Source of the DNA: Symsagittifera roscoffensis
Lineage: Eukaryota
Assembly: GCF_963678635.1 (NCBI RefSeq)
Contig: NC_087064.1
Coordinates: forward strand, 32,809,028-32,873,027
DNA: 64,000 nucleotides
Reading direction: 5' to 3'
Below are positions 1 to 14,400 of the stretch, piece after piece (the first letter of the stretch is position 1; every line of letters begins with the position of its first letter). The notes under the pieces were generated by a model. That model searched no databases. It saw nothing but the letters and a program-made list of their open reading frames with translations, and was not told the origin of the DNA. The translations under genes were made by a program, and so were the position numbers.

Positions 1-821
1 TTCCTTCCAACCGGGTTAAAGGAAGAGTTGTCATCAGTGAACTTGGAATTCAATAATTGAACAGTTCTTCGTGGGCGAGCTGTGGGATTGTGGAAAGGGT
101 GTGTGAGTTATGGGCGAGTGAAGAATTCAAACTTATAAATGAATCGTCTTGTGAAAAGGTTAGTTTTACTCAATTTATTTGCAGCTTTTCATGAAATTAC
201 TACATAGAAGTTTGAATTTACTGCTATGGAATTTTAACTTTATGAATATACTGCCTTTTGAACAAAAAAAAATATTACTTCAATTACATACTGCGATTGT
301 TAAATTGAATTTTGAAAAATTTATAGAAAAGAGTTTACAATTTTTATTTAGTTTTATTTGTTTTGGAAGAATGAATGTTGAAATCTAATGAAGAAAACTG
401 ACACAAATATGAAGAACGGTTGGTCTGCGTTTGAATTTATTAGATAATTTTAGTGCGAATAGTGGAAATTTTAGTGGAAAATTAGTGCGAATAGTGTCTG
501 ATGATAAGAGGAGTTTGGCAAGCATGCGGATGATATATTTACTTTGAAGGAGTGGCCACAGAAGCTCGAGTGTTCGGATGATAATGGGCTCTTCACTATT
601 GAGTGAGAATTCATGCGATGTATTTTGGCTTAGGTTTTTTAACTTATGATTTTATTTAGTATTGTGAATGTATTCCAGAATAAGGATTTCGATCGGCTGT
701 ATATGTTTCTGGGCGATGACTACTTAGTGGGCGGGAATCTTCAATATCGAAGAATTTGGTTAGTGGGCAGAGTATATACATTTGTTTTATGGGATCATAG
801 TTACGGAGGATGCTGTGTATG

Positions 822-1495
822 TTAGTAATTTTTTTTACAATAAGTGAGGTTTAGAAATAAAAGTGTTGTGTATTTGGAGTAAATGAATGTATATTTGTGC
901 TGCGGGTTTCGTGATGGTGCGTTAGTTATGTAGTGGTGCTGAATAAATTTATAATAGGCGTATGTGAGGGTTAATTTATTTTGTAACATTATCTCGTGTG
1001 AGCAGTGCAAGTCACATTCCTTTGGTGTTAGAAAAAGAAAAGTTAGTAAAAAGTGATTAAATTTGTTGAAATTAGAATCATAAGCTTTGGTGTCTCGGAG
1101 TGCCGTACAAACAATATTATCATAATTTTTATTCATGCTGTTAATTACAAGTACATATTCTGATTTTTTAATAAAAAAGTTTCTCAGTTATTTGGAGGTT
1201 AGTAATTTCATCTTCTTCTATGACTGTATCTTCCAAATATTGTGCAATAGCGTGATTGTAGTTGTTAATTGAAAATCTGTTAGCTTTTTGTGCAACAAAT
1301 CTATTTAATGTTTGTTTCAGTCCGATGGTTGTCATTTTTTTCATGCAGCGCTGTAGTTAGTTGGCGTAGTCGAGATTGACCGATTTCAATGTCGGCTGGG
1401 TTATTGTACAAAAAGAGTGATAGTGGGTTTGTGAAGTAATGGTGAGATGTCCATGATAAGGTGGGAAGCAGGCTATATTCGTCTTCAAAATTCAT
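822..1495 (-). pseudogene. Remnants of the element's third ORF (ORF3 homolog).
   Basis: ORFs 822-1136 and 1301-1495 translate to sequences matching ORF3 residues ...FLAPHERDLHCSHDIMLRTKQTHTYSYYRFIQNH... and ...VDEYVLMPTLSWTSYYHFTNPLCLPL... Interrupted by stops. Confidence 0.8.
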
Positions 1496-2465
1496 CTTTG
1501 GTCATTATTGTGATAGTTGGTTTATTGTGGAATAAAGGTAAAACTAATTTTGAGGAATTTTTTAATATTAGTGTGCTGTGGGTGAAAGGAAAACAGTCGT
1601 GGTGGTCGAGGGTGGTGAAGTATTTTGGTATTGGGGTGCTTTCGCTTGAATACTCGGTGGGCTCGGGTTTCTTCTACTGTGGAGGCTGGGTCGGAGGGTT
1701 CGGAGGAGGAAATGGATTGTGATAACTGATGAATTGGTAATGTGTTATTCTTTGAGGCTGTTGTTGTAAAGTGATGAAAAGGTCAAGTTCGCACTCTAAT
1801 TCTTCATTTACGGGGCTAGGGGCTAAAAATAAATGGTTGTTCTGAGAACGAAATCTAGTGGTGTGTGGTTGTTCTACGATTTGCTAATATGTGTCGTCTA
1901 TATGCGGTTGATTGACTACTATATGAGAAACTGGGCTTTGTGGGTAGCTATGACTTGGAGAGATGTGCTCTGTTATTTTTAGATGTGCTCTGTTATGTGC
2001 TCAGTTTCGTGGTACTAAAGTTAATGGATGATTAATATGAAAATTTGGTAATTGTGCTGCAGTAGGTGTTGTGTTTTTGTTGTCTTGTGAAGTATCGTAT
2101 GCATTTGGTGTGGTTGATAATTTTTAATTGCATTCACTTATTTGAGCCTCTAAAAATTTTTATTAATTGAGTTTGAAAAAGTTCCAAAAAATCCTGCAAA
2201 CAATCTTGCTAATAATATGCGTGCTACACTTGCTTGTTTGTTGTCTTGTGTGTGTACTGCGCATGTGTTTTAGATTCCTTTTAATATTGAGAAAAAAATT
2301 ACAAAAAGATGACCATGGCGGATAAACTACTCAAGCTTTCTAAGATGTAATTGGGTCATCCTAGAAAGGCGAGAAGTTCGTTTTTTAGGTTTACAAATCT
2401 AAAAATATTAAAAGATGAAATATCTTGTGGACGGTATTTTTCAACGTTTAGTCATATGTAACCTT

Positions 2466-5446
2466 TTATATCTCTAATGTATCCGCTAATGTGTCTTGTG
2501 CATAGATGTCTGAAAATCTTGCGGTTCCGGCAAGTTTTCTTAAATTTTGATCTTTTGATTGTCTTCGGGTTGTGTCCATTTTTGTAAGAAAATCTTGAAA
2601 TTGTTGTGTGCGAATGTGATTTTGTATATCAGATCTGGAGTATATACCTATTGATTGTAAATCTATTTTGGGGTTACGAGCAGTAGCTTTTATACTTTCT
2701 GGTGAAAATTTGTTTAATGGTGGCATAAGTGTGGGGTATGGGTAAGAAGATAGTATTTGTCTTCATTCGGCTTTAGCTGTACAACATTGTGGCTATTTTC
2801 AGATACACATGGGACGGCTGTACCTCAAAAATATATTCGTCTAGAAAGTTTATCGACAACATATACTTTATTTTTGTAGAATGTAGGGATTCTCCTATAA
2901 CATCGTTTTTCTTCAAAAACATTTAGTAGAAATTGTGTTCGTTCAAGTCACATAAGTGATGGAGTGTTTCTAAATCTGATAAAGACATTTCTTGAAAAAT
3001 TCTGCTTGTTGAGTCATCCAATTTCATATTTAATGGGTTGTCATAGTGGGATGCGCCAAAATAAATATTGTTCATGAGTGATAGTTCTTGTAAACGTGTG
3101 CTACCTTCATCTTGTGGGCAAAATTGTCCACCAGTATCTCCTGTATTTTTCAAAAACGTTACTAGAATGGATGAGTTTTCGTCACTGTTACTGTGGTACG
3201 TTTAAATTGGGTTAATTTTTAATTTTTCTGTTTTCATGTCGAAACCTTTTTTGTAATCGATGAGATTTTTTGAATATTGTGATTTGTAAAGTGGAGTATT
3301 ATATTTGCAAGGTGAGTTCTGTTTCGGGATAGATCTGAAAACTTGTTAATTTATTTTCTATTTCATCGACATTTTCATAACGATTTCTGTTAGGTCTTAT
3401 TTTATCAGGGTTTAATTGTTCAAAGTAATTTGATTCAATGAAAGTTTTTTGATGAAAATTAATCATTCTTGCGTGAATTCTTGCTAATAAAATGTGGTAC
3501 ATGTGTCTTCAGGGAACCAAGCGATGGTTGCCTGTGTTTGATGGTAGGATCGCAATGACCTTAGTCATTTTTGCAAGCTGAGCGTTTTCCTTGATATTTT
3601 ATTGTGTAATCTTTTAAATCTCCTGTTATTTGTTCTTTTTCTAATTGAACTTTCTAATCAAAAAAACATTATTTCTTGATTTCCTTTATTTTTTTTGTGT
3701 GTGCTTTACAATTAGAAGGGCTATTTATTTTGATGTTTTGTATCCAATTTTTATTGTGTAGGTCATGCTTCAATCGTCCGTGAAACGGATATTTTTTGTC
3801 TATTTTTATATGACCTTGGTATCTTTCAAGTTCTGATTGATGTGAAGAGTCTGGAAAACCCTGAAATTTTACCAAATTTTGTTTTATGCCTTTGTTCGTC
3901 TTTAATTTTAATCGTTTGAGTTCGTTTTTATAGTCGTCACGATTAAGACGTAAAAGTCTTTCAATGTTGCTTTGATAGGAAGATTCGTGATCGAGTCTAT
4001 TTTGGTTTCCATTTGAGACTTGGGAACAATGTGCTTTTTTCTCTGGAAGTTTCGCTGTGAATTTATATCCTGTTAAGGTTGTGGCTCAGGTTTATGAATA
4101 AAATGTCGCTACTATATTTTTTGTTTCTATTTCTTGTTGTTCTGATTCGTATTGAGTTACTTAATTTATTGCGTATTTACGTAGTGTTTTTTCGTTCTTT
4201 TTCTTCATAATCATAATGTGTAACTAATAAGTCTTGTGGTCCTGTTCGAGGGGAGGGATTTTGATTGGATGTTAGTAGAAGAACACGAGGAGAATGGGTT
4301 TGTAGGAAAAAAACTAATAAAAGATACATGTGTAGGATACTCCTGAATATGGGTTATAGAATGTGATATATCCAAGTGTCTTTTTTGTATGTCGATCGTT
4401 TTTATAGACAGTTTCTGTTGTGATAAATGCGGGAGGTACAGATTGAGCTGTTACAATTGGTGCAACTAGGGCTAGAGAGTGATGTACTAAATTTTTTTAA
4501 AATTATTGTTATTTCAAATTTTAGTATTAAAAAGTCTTGTGTAAGGTTCTGTATTTTGTGTTCTTGTATGTCTTTATGAATATCGTGTCTGTATCGTAAC
4601 CTGTTGAGTGACCAATTCTGTATTCTTTCGCTATCAAGATGTTGACCAAGTAAGAGAGGGGTGCTACGAATGTATTGCAATCTAGTCGTAAAAGAATATT
4701 GTTGGTTAAGAGATCTATCATCTAAATTTGTAGAAAAATTTAGTGGAAATGTTGTAGTTGGATTTTGACTTATTATTGAAGGGGTTGTGTAATAAGGTTT
4801 TTGGTAGTGACAAAGATGTATCGGATGAGATATCTATAGGGTCAGTTACTAAATTTGGCTCACCTTGAGTGAAAGCTTGTGTCAGCCAATGTGGGAGACG
4901 TTGTGCTGAAGTTGAAGGTTAAAGGGATTTTCACGAACTTGTTCGGATGTGGGGGTTGATCCTGAGTAATCCAGTGGTATGTTTGAAGTACTTCAATGTG
5001 AAATTGTTTGTAATGGTGGGGGTAGGGTACTTAAAATTGTACTAATGGAAAGATCCAGAGGATTTGGGGATGGTGATGAGGGTATAATAAAATGAACTCT
5101 GGGCGTAAGATTTCTATTTCGTCTTGGATGGATTATTTGTCTATCTTTTGTAGATGTTTGATTTTGGTTTTGACTGCGATATTTTGTTCTATTAATGTCT
5201 CGTTGAAGAGAAGGGTAGGTGTTGTATGTTGGTTCGTATTGCCGTTCGCTTAGAGGTGCATGGCGAACTACGGATATTAAAATTCTGATAGTAACGCGTG
5301 TCTTTCTTCAAATGTATAGGAATCTTCTTGAAATGAAATGCCTGGGGATAATTAGGGTTGAATTTTTTGACTGGACTTTGGTGTTGTTGGAAGTTCCTGG
5401 GATGTCGTAGTCGGTGGGGATTGCTGTGTTGGTTGTTGATTAGCAA
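2466..5446 (-). pseudogene. Remnants of env-like ORF2 and the upstream ATG-less ORFx.
   Basis: ORF 2466-2726 matches env-like LKKFSPESIRAIARNPNIDLQSIGIYSKSDIQHHIRTQQFQELL. ORFs 2923-3153, 3299-3502 and 3669-3875 match successive env segments. ORF 4402-4680 matches the ORFx C-terminus (LFGQHQESNRLHNWALNRLQYRQDIHNDIRDHNIQ...). Confidence 0.8.
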
Positions 5447-6380
5447 TTTTGAAATATTTGAATTGTTTGTTTCTTATGAACGAAATCTATGTAGTTTATA
5501 ATATGCTTCTATGAAAATGATTAAGAGGACTGTTGCTAGTGCAAAGGTGATCATTGCCTTTTTTATACAGTTACAAGTTACAGATTGTCAAAAGTAGGGA
5601 AACTAGAAAGGTGACGAAAGTTACTAAAAAAAGAAGGATGTCTTATCATTTAGATAGTTGTTGAATTATCGTACTTGAGGAGGTGGTCAAAAAGTTTTGA
5701 GAAATTGAGATAGGTTTTTAAGAGGGAATGAAAAATTACGAAAAAACTGCAGTAAATAATGATGAGGAGGAATATTTCAAGGGTGTCTACGATAAAAAAA
5801 TTTTATGGGTTGAAAAAAAATTGAGAAGAATGAACAGGTTTTGAAATTATTTTCCGCATCAAAAATTGAGTAGGGTTGGATTGTTTATTGATTTTTGACA
5901 AGTGGATTGGATATGGACAATTCCTGGTGAGGGCAAACCTGAAGGTCTAGGAATGAGCTTCCTAGTTTTGGTTTTATTCATTGAATGTTTTATTCAAAAG
6001 TTTTATCTACTTTAGGCTAAATGATCATTTCGAATTTTTTCTTCAGGCTTTTTAAATATTTTTCATTGATTGATATGTGCAGTGTAAGTTGAGACAATAT
6101 TGTTGATTTGTGTACTGGTTGTTAAGGGAGTGTTCTAACATTTAGATTTTGTTTATTTCAGTTTTCAAATATAGGCGTGTTGCTTTTTTACCTGGAGGGT
6201 TTTAAGCTATAGTTTCATATGTGTTTGAAGTCAGTAAAGTGTCGCTTAATGAAGTCGTATCAGATGGAGTGATGTTTATATAGATTCTGATTGGTTGAAA
6301 TTGAACTTTTTAATTAAGAGTGTTAACATTAAATATAGAAAGGAGAAGAAAGTTTGCTGTATTTGAAATGTTTAAAACCC

Positions 6381-7578
6381 TTAATTAAATGGAATGTGAT
6401 TTTTGACATTCAACTTTTTTAGTTCTTCAGAGTATGGCATGAAAGTTTTGTGATCTTTCCGTGGTTGGTTTTCCAAGTCGTGATGATTGTAGTTGTTGAG
6501 ATTTTTCTTTTGTTCTTGTGATAAAAATTGTACTTCCGATTTTCGATTTTTTAATTTGGTTTTGAGGTATTTGTTCATTGCTGATTTCTTAAGATTTTGG
6601 GTGGGTCATTTAAATTTCTTTATTTTTTTATGCTAATAATTGTGTTGAACAACAATTTAAATCTTGATTTTGTTGATGATTATCATCTGAGGTGTCGTGG
6701 ACAACTATTAGTCCTGTAGACGAATGTGACTACGTTAGTTCGCGAGGAGCGAATTGTTTTGGGTAATATGGTAAAAGATTGTTTCGGTGTTGAACTATTT
6801 CCTTTTTATTTAAATCAATAAGTTTGTATGTTACAACAGTGGATTTGTCAATTATCTGAAATGGTCTTTTTCGGATTGGTTGTATTTTTTAGATATTCCT
6901 TTTTGTGTTACAAGTTTTGGTATTAAGACATATGTTCCGGTTTTTAAGTTTGTAGCTGGTGTGAATCGTGGATTAATTTGCGATTGAATATTTTGTCTTT
7001 GTAAAAGTTTCTTGGCGATTTTTTGATAACCTTCGTTGTGTTTTTTATCCCTATGCGACATGAGAAGTTCGGGATTTGTTTTTACTGTTATAAAGATGGC
7101 CTAATGTAATGTTTTCATCATTTTTGAATTCAGTGCCCTTATCTGTGAAAAATATTTTTGGTAATCTAAATTTTGCTATCCAGTATTCATAGAGTGTTGT
7201 ATATGGGTAATAAGCATTACAATGAGGTACAAGGTTGAGTGCTACATAGTGTGTAAATGCATCAACTAAAGCGATAATATATGCGTTTCTTTCTGAGGAG
7301 GGTGATATCTGTGATATCGGTCCTTTTGTATCAAATGAGAATCTGTGGTTGAAACATAAACATTGTCCTTTGAATTCTTGTTTTTCTTCTATTTGTTTTT
7401 GATGTGGGTATGGTTTATTTATTTGGCATGTAATGCAATCGTTACGTAATACTTCAACCCGAATTTTTGCATTTAGAAAGTAAAAGTTTTGGATAAAATT
7501 TGAGTAGGTTTTTACTGATCCTGCCTGTCCTTTTGTAATTAAGGAGTGTGAAGTGTGAAAAGCTAGGAGTATCATCAT
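6381..7578 (-). pseudogene. Integrase remnants (DDE core and C-terminal region).
   Basis: ORF 7051-7578 matches ISPSSEGNSYIMVIVDAFTHYVALNPVPHCNAYYAYTTLYEHWIAKFGLPEILVTDNGTEF of the intact polyprotein. ORF 6852-7061 matches NSRFTPASDLKIGTFVLIPNFNTQKGISKK. Confidence 0.85.
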
Positions 7579-7850
7579 TAAAGGTCGTCAGGGTACTTTT
7601 AATCCAAATGTTTGGTTTTCCAAAATATCGGTGTTCTCGTCTATGAATGTGTTATTTAATTTTCTGAAGTATCTAAGAGGTGTTTTGTTTCCTAGATTTT
7701 TGATATCTGCCCCTTTACGGGTTTTGTTTTATATTTCTGCCAAGACTTAAGTTGTCTAATGACTGGGTCAAGGTTTTGTTTTTTTCTGTAGTAGTTCCAG
7801 TGTCATTTTTTTCTGTGGCTGGAAAAAAGTGTTTTCAGTTTCTGTTTTTA

Positions 7851-10800
7851 AGAGAGGTATATCATCTGGAGGGTCATGTAGATTAAAAACTTGATTTTTT
7901 TGTGTATTTTGAGTCTAAATCTGGGGGTCCTGAAAAATTTATTTTTTCAGTTAAGGTTTCTTTTTCTACTAAAGGAAATAAGTCTGTCCTATGCATTTTT
8001 TGTTGAGGTGGTTTTTGTTTTGTATTGTTTTTGATCCATGATGAATATGGTATCACTTTAAATGTAGAGTTTCCTAACAAATCTACTTCGTAATGATTAT
8101 TTTGGCGATCTTAAAATAATGAAAAATGTTGTAAGTTATTTAATTGTGCATTATCAAGATCGGTTTTTAGTGCCTTTTTACATTCTAATCGTGGTGATAT
8201 TTCGTCTTTTGCAAGGAAAAGTTTCGTATTTTGCGGTATTGCTAACGTAGTTTTTCTTGATATCAGTTCATGTGGTGTATTTCGACTGAATGTATCTGGT
8301 AATGCAAAATTTTTTCCTGCAGTCCAGACTATATGTAAGTTTGGGAATTTCATTTAAAATAATTGAAATATATAAAGTTTATCGTTTGGTTTTGATTTTT
8401 GTGTAAATAGGAAAAATATAGGTTTATGATCTGTAAACAAAAATGTTGGATGTTTTGATCTAAGTAATAAAAACTCATATTCTGTGAGAGTATATATTAT
8501 AGCTGTACTTTCTCTCATAAGTGTAGAGAGTCTAAGGTCTAACTCGGCTTGAGTAAATAGTCTTGAGTTTGCTCAGATGAGATTCATTTTGTTGGTTCCT
8601 TTGTGTGATTGTAATAATGCTGCGCCAATTCCCAAATTTGAGGCGTCGCAAATGGCACAAAATGGTTGATCTGGATCCGGGATCGTATTTGATATTTGTT
8701 CAGTGAGAAGTTTTTTTATTCCTTCAATTCGTTTTTGATCTTCTGTCATCCATTCAAAATTATTTTGTTGTCTGAGAATATTATAAAATGGTTCTAAGTA
8801 TAATTGCATTTTATAGACATATTTACTTAAAATTTTAACATTCCGAGTATTTCTTGAATTTTTTTTTATTTGATGGAGGTTAAAGTTTCATGATTGCGTC
8901 GATGCGAGATTTTAATGGAGTGATTGTCTTTCCTTCAGGAATTTAACACGGATAGGGAAGAAATGTGATTTATCTGGGCTGTTTTCATGCTTTCCTTAAG
9001 TAGTTTTTGGTGATACTTTTCCAATACATTAAACACTACGTGTTTCGTCTGTGATTGCATGAAAACATCGTCTAAATATTTAAAAGAATTCATTATTCTA
9101 TATGCTGTTTCTACTGTGGGATAAATTGTTGCATTGGTTTCACAAAATCCTAACATTCCTAGGGGTAGCGCTATTTTATATGGGGATTTATTGTATATGT
9201 GAAAAGAATTTATATCTGAACTAGTTTTTTTTGTGTATTTGATTGATGAGATTGTTACTCGAAAAATTTTATGGATTGATTTGAATTCAAGGTCGGACAT
9301 ATGGTGGTTGTTTATTTTGATCTATCTTATTTTGATGGACTTTACCTATTGAGACTCTGTATACATATCCTGATAATGTCTTCAGGTTTTTTCGTTCTTG
9401 ATTGTATATAGAGTAAAAATCGAAAAAAAATGGAGGTTTTTTGTTTAATTTTCGAAAGAATGTCAATGATGTGTTATTCATTCTTGTGTATTTATCCTTC
9501 AAATGTAATTTAATAATTAGGATATTAATAGTGGAGATATATTCAGTTGTAAATGAAATAAAAACTTTACATCCAAAATTGTTACCTTCACAGACTTCAA
9601 GCAATTTAGCTACAGCACAAGGATCAATTCTGACAAACTATGGAAAAAGTCAATTGCTCCTCGCTTCCACTCGAACAATGGAACAAATTAAACTTAAAAA
9701 TAAAACTTTCAAACAAACATTTCACATCATAGATATAAAAACACATTATCGTTGCGTACCATTTATTACTAAATATATCCCCACTATTAGTATGTGTTTT
9801 CATATCTGTGATGTGAAATGTTTCTTTGAAAAGTTTATTCAAAAGTTTAATTTGTTCCATTGTTCAAGTGGAAGCGAGAAACTATGGATTTTTTTCATAG
9901 TTTGCTAGACCTGATCCTTGTGCTCTACCTAATTTGCTTGAAGTCTGTGAAGATAACAATTTTGGATGTAAAGTTCTTATTTCGTTCCATGTGTGAATTT
10001 TTACAATAATTGAATCTTCTCGTGAGTCTATTATGAAGTCAATTTCGAGGTCTGTTATGTGAAAATCTTTGCTTTTTGGACTTTCTAATAAAAATGAGAT
10101 TGTCCTAATTTTTTCTTTAGGTGGTTGTAATTTATTCGCTGTATTTTGATATATATTATTTGTACTTGAAATTCCTCAAAATTTTTGTTCGGTGTAATCT
10201 GTTATGTTTTGTGTACTGTCTTGATTGTTTTGATGATATCTCGATTCAATTGGTGTTTTGTATTCATTTTCAATCTGAAGCATGTTTATTGAAAGCGTAT
10301 TTTCTGTTTCGCTCTCATCATCTGTGAATTCACAATTTATGTGATTTAGCTGTAATTGTGTTTTATTTCTGTGTGGTGACTGAGAATAATTTATCTGTCG
10401 ATTTGGATAATTAGAATTTCGATTCCTGGAATTTTCAAGTGATCTATTGTGATTATTCTTATAGTTTGATATGCTGTTTGAATAGTTTCGTGATCCAATA
10501 GCAGAGTATTGTCTATTTCTAAGGTTTGAGTAATTCCTGTTTCGATTATATGAGGAGCTTCTGGAACGGTCATTTGAATAATATCTATTTCGAGAGTTTG
10601 AATGAGAAAGATTTGTATTTTAATTTGAGTAAATACTTCTGTTTGGGTTTGATCGTGTATAATTATTTCTATATTGATTATTTTGACTGTTTGAGCCACT
10701 ATATCTATTTTATGAGAAATTTTGTGAATTTCATCGATCTGGAGATCTTGCCCCATAGTTATTTCGATAAGGTGATTGTTGTCTACAAAAAATATAGTTA

Positions 10801-11463
10801 TCTGGGAGTGCTTTTCCCGAACTATTATTACTGCGAATGTTTTTTTTTTGGTAAACTCTGGTCTTCTTTCATGTACTGATAAAAAGTTTTATTTGGTTCT
10901 TTATGTTTCTGTGGTTTTTTAAGATTATCTTGTTGTTTTTGTTTACATTCAGCGATGCTTTGTCCATATTTACGGCAATAGTTACAACATTTTTTGAATG
11001 ACGGTTTTGTTTTAAAATTTGGATTTTTCTTGTAGATATTTAGTAGTTTAGTAATTTTTTCAGCTAGTTCAATGTCGGAGTCATGAATGTTATTCATTTG
11101 TGAAGTAGTGGTATGGATTTTGTTTTCGTGTTGTAATTTTAAATTTTCTCTTTTTTCCCATTTCAGAGTGATTTCAGCTTGTCCAAACTCATCTGCTAGT
11201 TTTCGGAAATCTATATCAGGTTCTTGACTTGAAGATGGATGTGATGCTCTCTTTTTGTTGCTATTTTTGGTAATTGTGGTGTTAGAGTCATCATTAAGAT
11301 TTCTGTCATCTTTTTGTTTTTATAATCAAGCGTATTAGGAGAATATGGTTTCTTACTAATGTTTCAATTCGTACCGCAAGTTGCTTAATTGTTTCATTAG
11401 GGAGTCTACGGAGTCTAGGTTGCATAGAATTCTTTGATGTTGTTTATTTCTTTCAGTGTCGTG
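7851..11463. repeat. Tandem duplication unit 1 (3613 bp) inside the degenerate element.
   Basis: Six-frame ORFs at 7883-8080, 8111-8353, 8573-8809, 8935-9300, 9441-9908 and 10121-10327 recur at +3613 (11496-11693 and onward), some as exact duplicates and some with single substitutions or truncation. The junction gagaggtatatcatctggagggtcatg is present at 7851 and 11464. Confidence 0.9.
9582..9945. repeat. Imperfect palindrome (inverted duplication) inside the degenerate protease region. A second copy lies at about 13198-13565.
   Basis: 9657-9727 is the reverse complement of 9797-9867 around a unique 69-bp centre at 9728-9796. The plus strand (9441-9908) and minus strand (9624-9860) both encode TMEQIKL.NK.FK.TFHI.D.KTH. 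Confidence 0.75.
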
Positions 11464-14400
11464 AGAGAGGTATATCATCTGGAGGGTCATGTAGATTAAA
11501 AACTTGATTTTTTTGTGTATTTTGAGTCTAAATCTGGGGGTCCTGAAAAATTTATTTTTTCAGTTAAGGTTTCTTTTTCTACTAAAGGAAATAAGTCTGT
11601 CCTATGCATTTTTTGTTGAGGTGGTTTTTGTTTTGTATTGTTTTTGATCCATGATGAATATGGTATCACTTTAAATGTAGAGTTTCCTAACAAATCTACT
11701 TCGTAATGATTATTTTGGCGATCTTAATATAGTGAAAAATGTTGTAAGTTATTTAATTGTGCATTATCAAGATCGGTTTTTAGTGCCTTTTTACATTCTA
11801 AGCGTGGTGATATTTCGTCTTTTGCAAAGAAAAGTTTCGTATTTTGCGGTATTGCTAACGTAGTTTTTCTTGATATCAGTTCATGTGGTGTATTTCGACT
11901 GAATGTATCTGGTAATGCAAAATTTTTTCCTGCAGTCCAGACTATATGTAAGTTTGGGAATTTCATTTAAAATAATTGAAATATATAAAGTTTATTGTTT
12001 GGTTTTAATTTTTGTGTAAATACGAAAAATATAGGTTTATGATCTGTAAACAAAAATGTTGGATGTTTTGATCTAAGTAATAAAAACTCATATTCTGTGA
12101 GAGTATATATTATAGCTGTACTTTCTCTCATAAGTGTAGAGAGTCTAAGGTCTAAGTTCGGCTTGAGTAAATAGTCTTGAGTTTGCTCAGATGAGATTCA
12201 TTTTGTTGGTTCCTTTGTGTGATTGTAATAATGCTGCGCCAATTCCCAAATTTGAGGCGTCGCAAATGGCACAAAATGGTTGATCTGGATCCGGGATCGT
12301 ATTTGATATTTGTTCAGTGAGAAGTTTTTTTATTCCTTCAATTCGTTTTTGATCTTCTGTCATCCATTCAAAATTATTTTGTTGTCTGAGAATATTATAA
12401 AATGGTTCTAAGTATAATTGCATTTTATAGACATATTTACTTAAAATTTTAACATTCCGAGTATTTCTTGAATTTTTTTTTATTTGATGGAGGTTAAAGT
12501 TTCATGATTGCGTCGATGCGAGATTTTAATGGAGTGATTGTCTTTCCTTCAGGAATTTAACACGGATAGGGAAGAAATGTGATTTATCTGGGCTGTTTTC
12601 ATGCTTTCCTTAAGTAGTTTTGGGTGATACTTTTCCAATACATTAAACACTACGTGTTTCGTCTGTGATTGCATGAAAACATCGTCTAAATATTTAAAAG
12701 AAGTCATTATTCTATATGCTGTTTCTACTGTGGGATAAATTGTTGCATTGGTTTCACAAAATCCTAACATTCCTAGGGGTAGCGCTATTTTATATGGGGA
12801 TTTATTGTATATGTGCAAAGAATTTATATCTGAACTAGTTTTTTTTGTGTATTTGATTGATGAGATTGTTACTCGAAAAATTTTATGGATTGATTTGAAT
12901 TCAAGGTCGGACATATATGGTGGTTGTTTATTTTGATCTATCTTATTTTGATGGACTTTACCTATTGAGAATTTGTATACATATCCTGATAATGTCTTCA
13001 GGTTTTTTCATTCTTGATTGTATATAGAGTAAAAATCGAAAAAAAATGGAGGTTTTTTGTTTAATTTTCGAAAGAATGTCAATGATGTGTTATTCATTCT
13101 TGTGTATTTATCCTTCAAATGTAATTTAATAATTAGGATATTAATAGTGGAGATATATTCAGTTGTAAATGAAATAAAAACTTTACATCCAAAATTGTTA
13201 CCTTCACAGACTTCAAGCAATTTAGCTACAGCACAAGGATCAATTCTGACAAACTATGGAAAAAGTCAATTGCTCCTCGCTTCCACTCGAACAATGGAAC
13301 AAATTAAACTTAAAAATAAAACTTTCAAACAAACTTTTCACATCATAGATATAAAAACACATTTCGTTGCGTACCATTTATTACTAAATATATACCCACT
13401 ATTAGTATGTGTTTTCATATCTATCTGTGATGTGAAATGTTTCTTTGAAAAGTTTATTCAAAAGTTTAATTTGTTCCATTGTTCAAGTGGAAGCGAGAAA
13501 CTATGGATTTTTTTCATAGTTTGCTAGACCTGATCCTTGTGCTGTACCTAATTTGCTTGAAGTCTGTGAAGATAACAATTTTGGATGTAAAGTTCTTATT
13601 TCGTTCCATGTGTAAATTTTTACAAAAATTGAATCTTCTCGTGAGTCTATTATGAAGTCAATTTCGAGGTCTGTTATGTGAAAATCTTTGCTTTTTGGAC
13701 TTTCTAAGAAAAATGAGATTGTCCTAATTTTTTCTTTAGGTGGTTGTAATTTATTCGCTGTATTTTGATATATATTATTTGTACTTGAAATTCCTCAAAG
13801 TTTTTGTTCGTTGTAATCTGTTATGTTTTGTGTACTGTCTTGATTGTTTTGATGATATCTCGATTCAATTGGTGTTTTGTATTCATTTTCAATCTGAAGC
13901 ATGTTTATTGAAAGCGTATTTTCTGTTTCGCTCTCATCATCTGTGAATTCACAATTTATGTGATTTAGCTGTAATTGTGTTTTATTTCTGTGTGGTGACT
14001 GAGAATAATTTATCTGTCGATTTGGATAATTAGAATTTCGATTCCTGGAATTTTCAAGTGATCTATTGTGTTTATTCTTATAGTTTGATATGCTGTTTGA
14101 ATAGTTTTGTGATCCAATAGCAGAGTATTGTCTATTTCTAAGGTTTGAGTAATTCCTGTTTCGATTATATGAGGAGCTTCTGGAACGGTCATTTGAATAA
14201 TATCTATTTCGAGAGTTTGAATGAGAAAGATTTGTATTTTAATTTGAGTAAATACTTCTGTTTGGGTTTGATCGTGTATAATTATTTTATATTGATTATT
14301 TTGACTGTTTGAGCCACTATATCTATTTTATGAGAAATTTTGTGAATTTCTTCGATCTGGAGATCTTGCCCCATATTTATTTCGATAAGGTGATTATTGT

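Noticed and set aside
5192-5446. Overlapping plus-strand ORF (5219-5410) and minus-strand ORF (5192-5446).
   Set aside because: Both lie within the decayed env/ORFx-homologous region of the old copy. The minus one is a remnant, already covered by the pseudogene feature, and the plus one is antisense noise.
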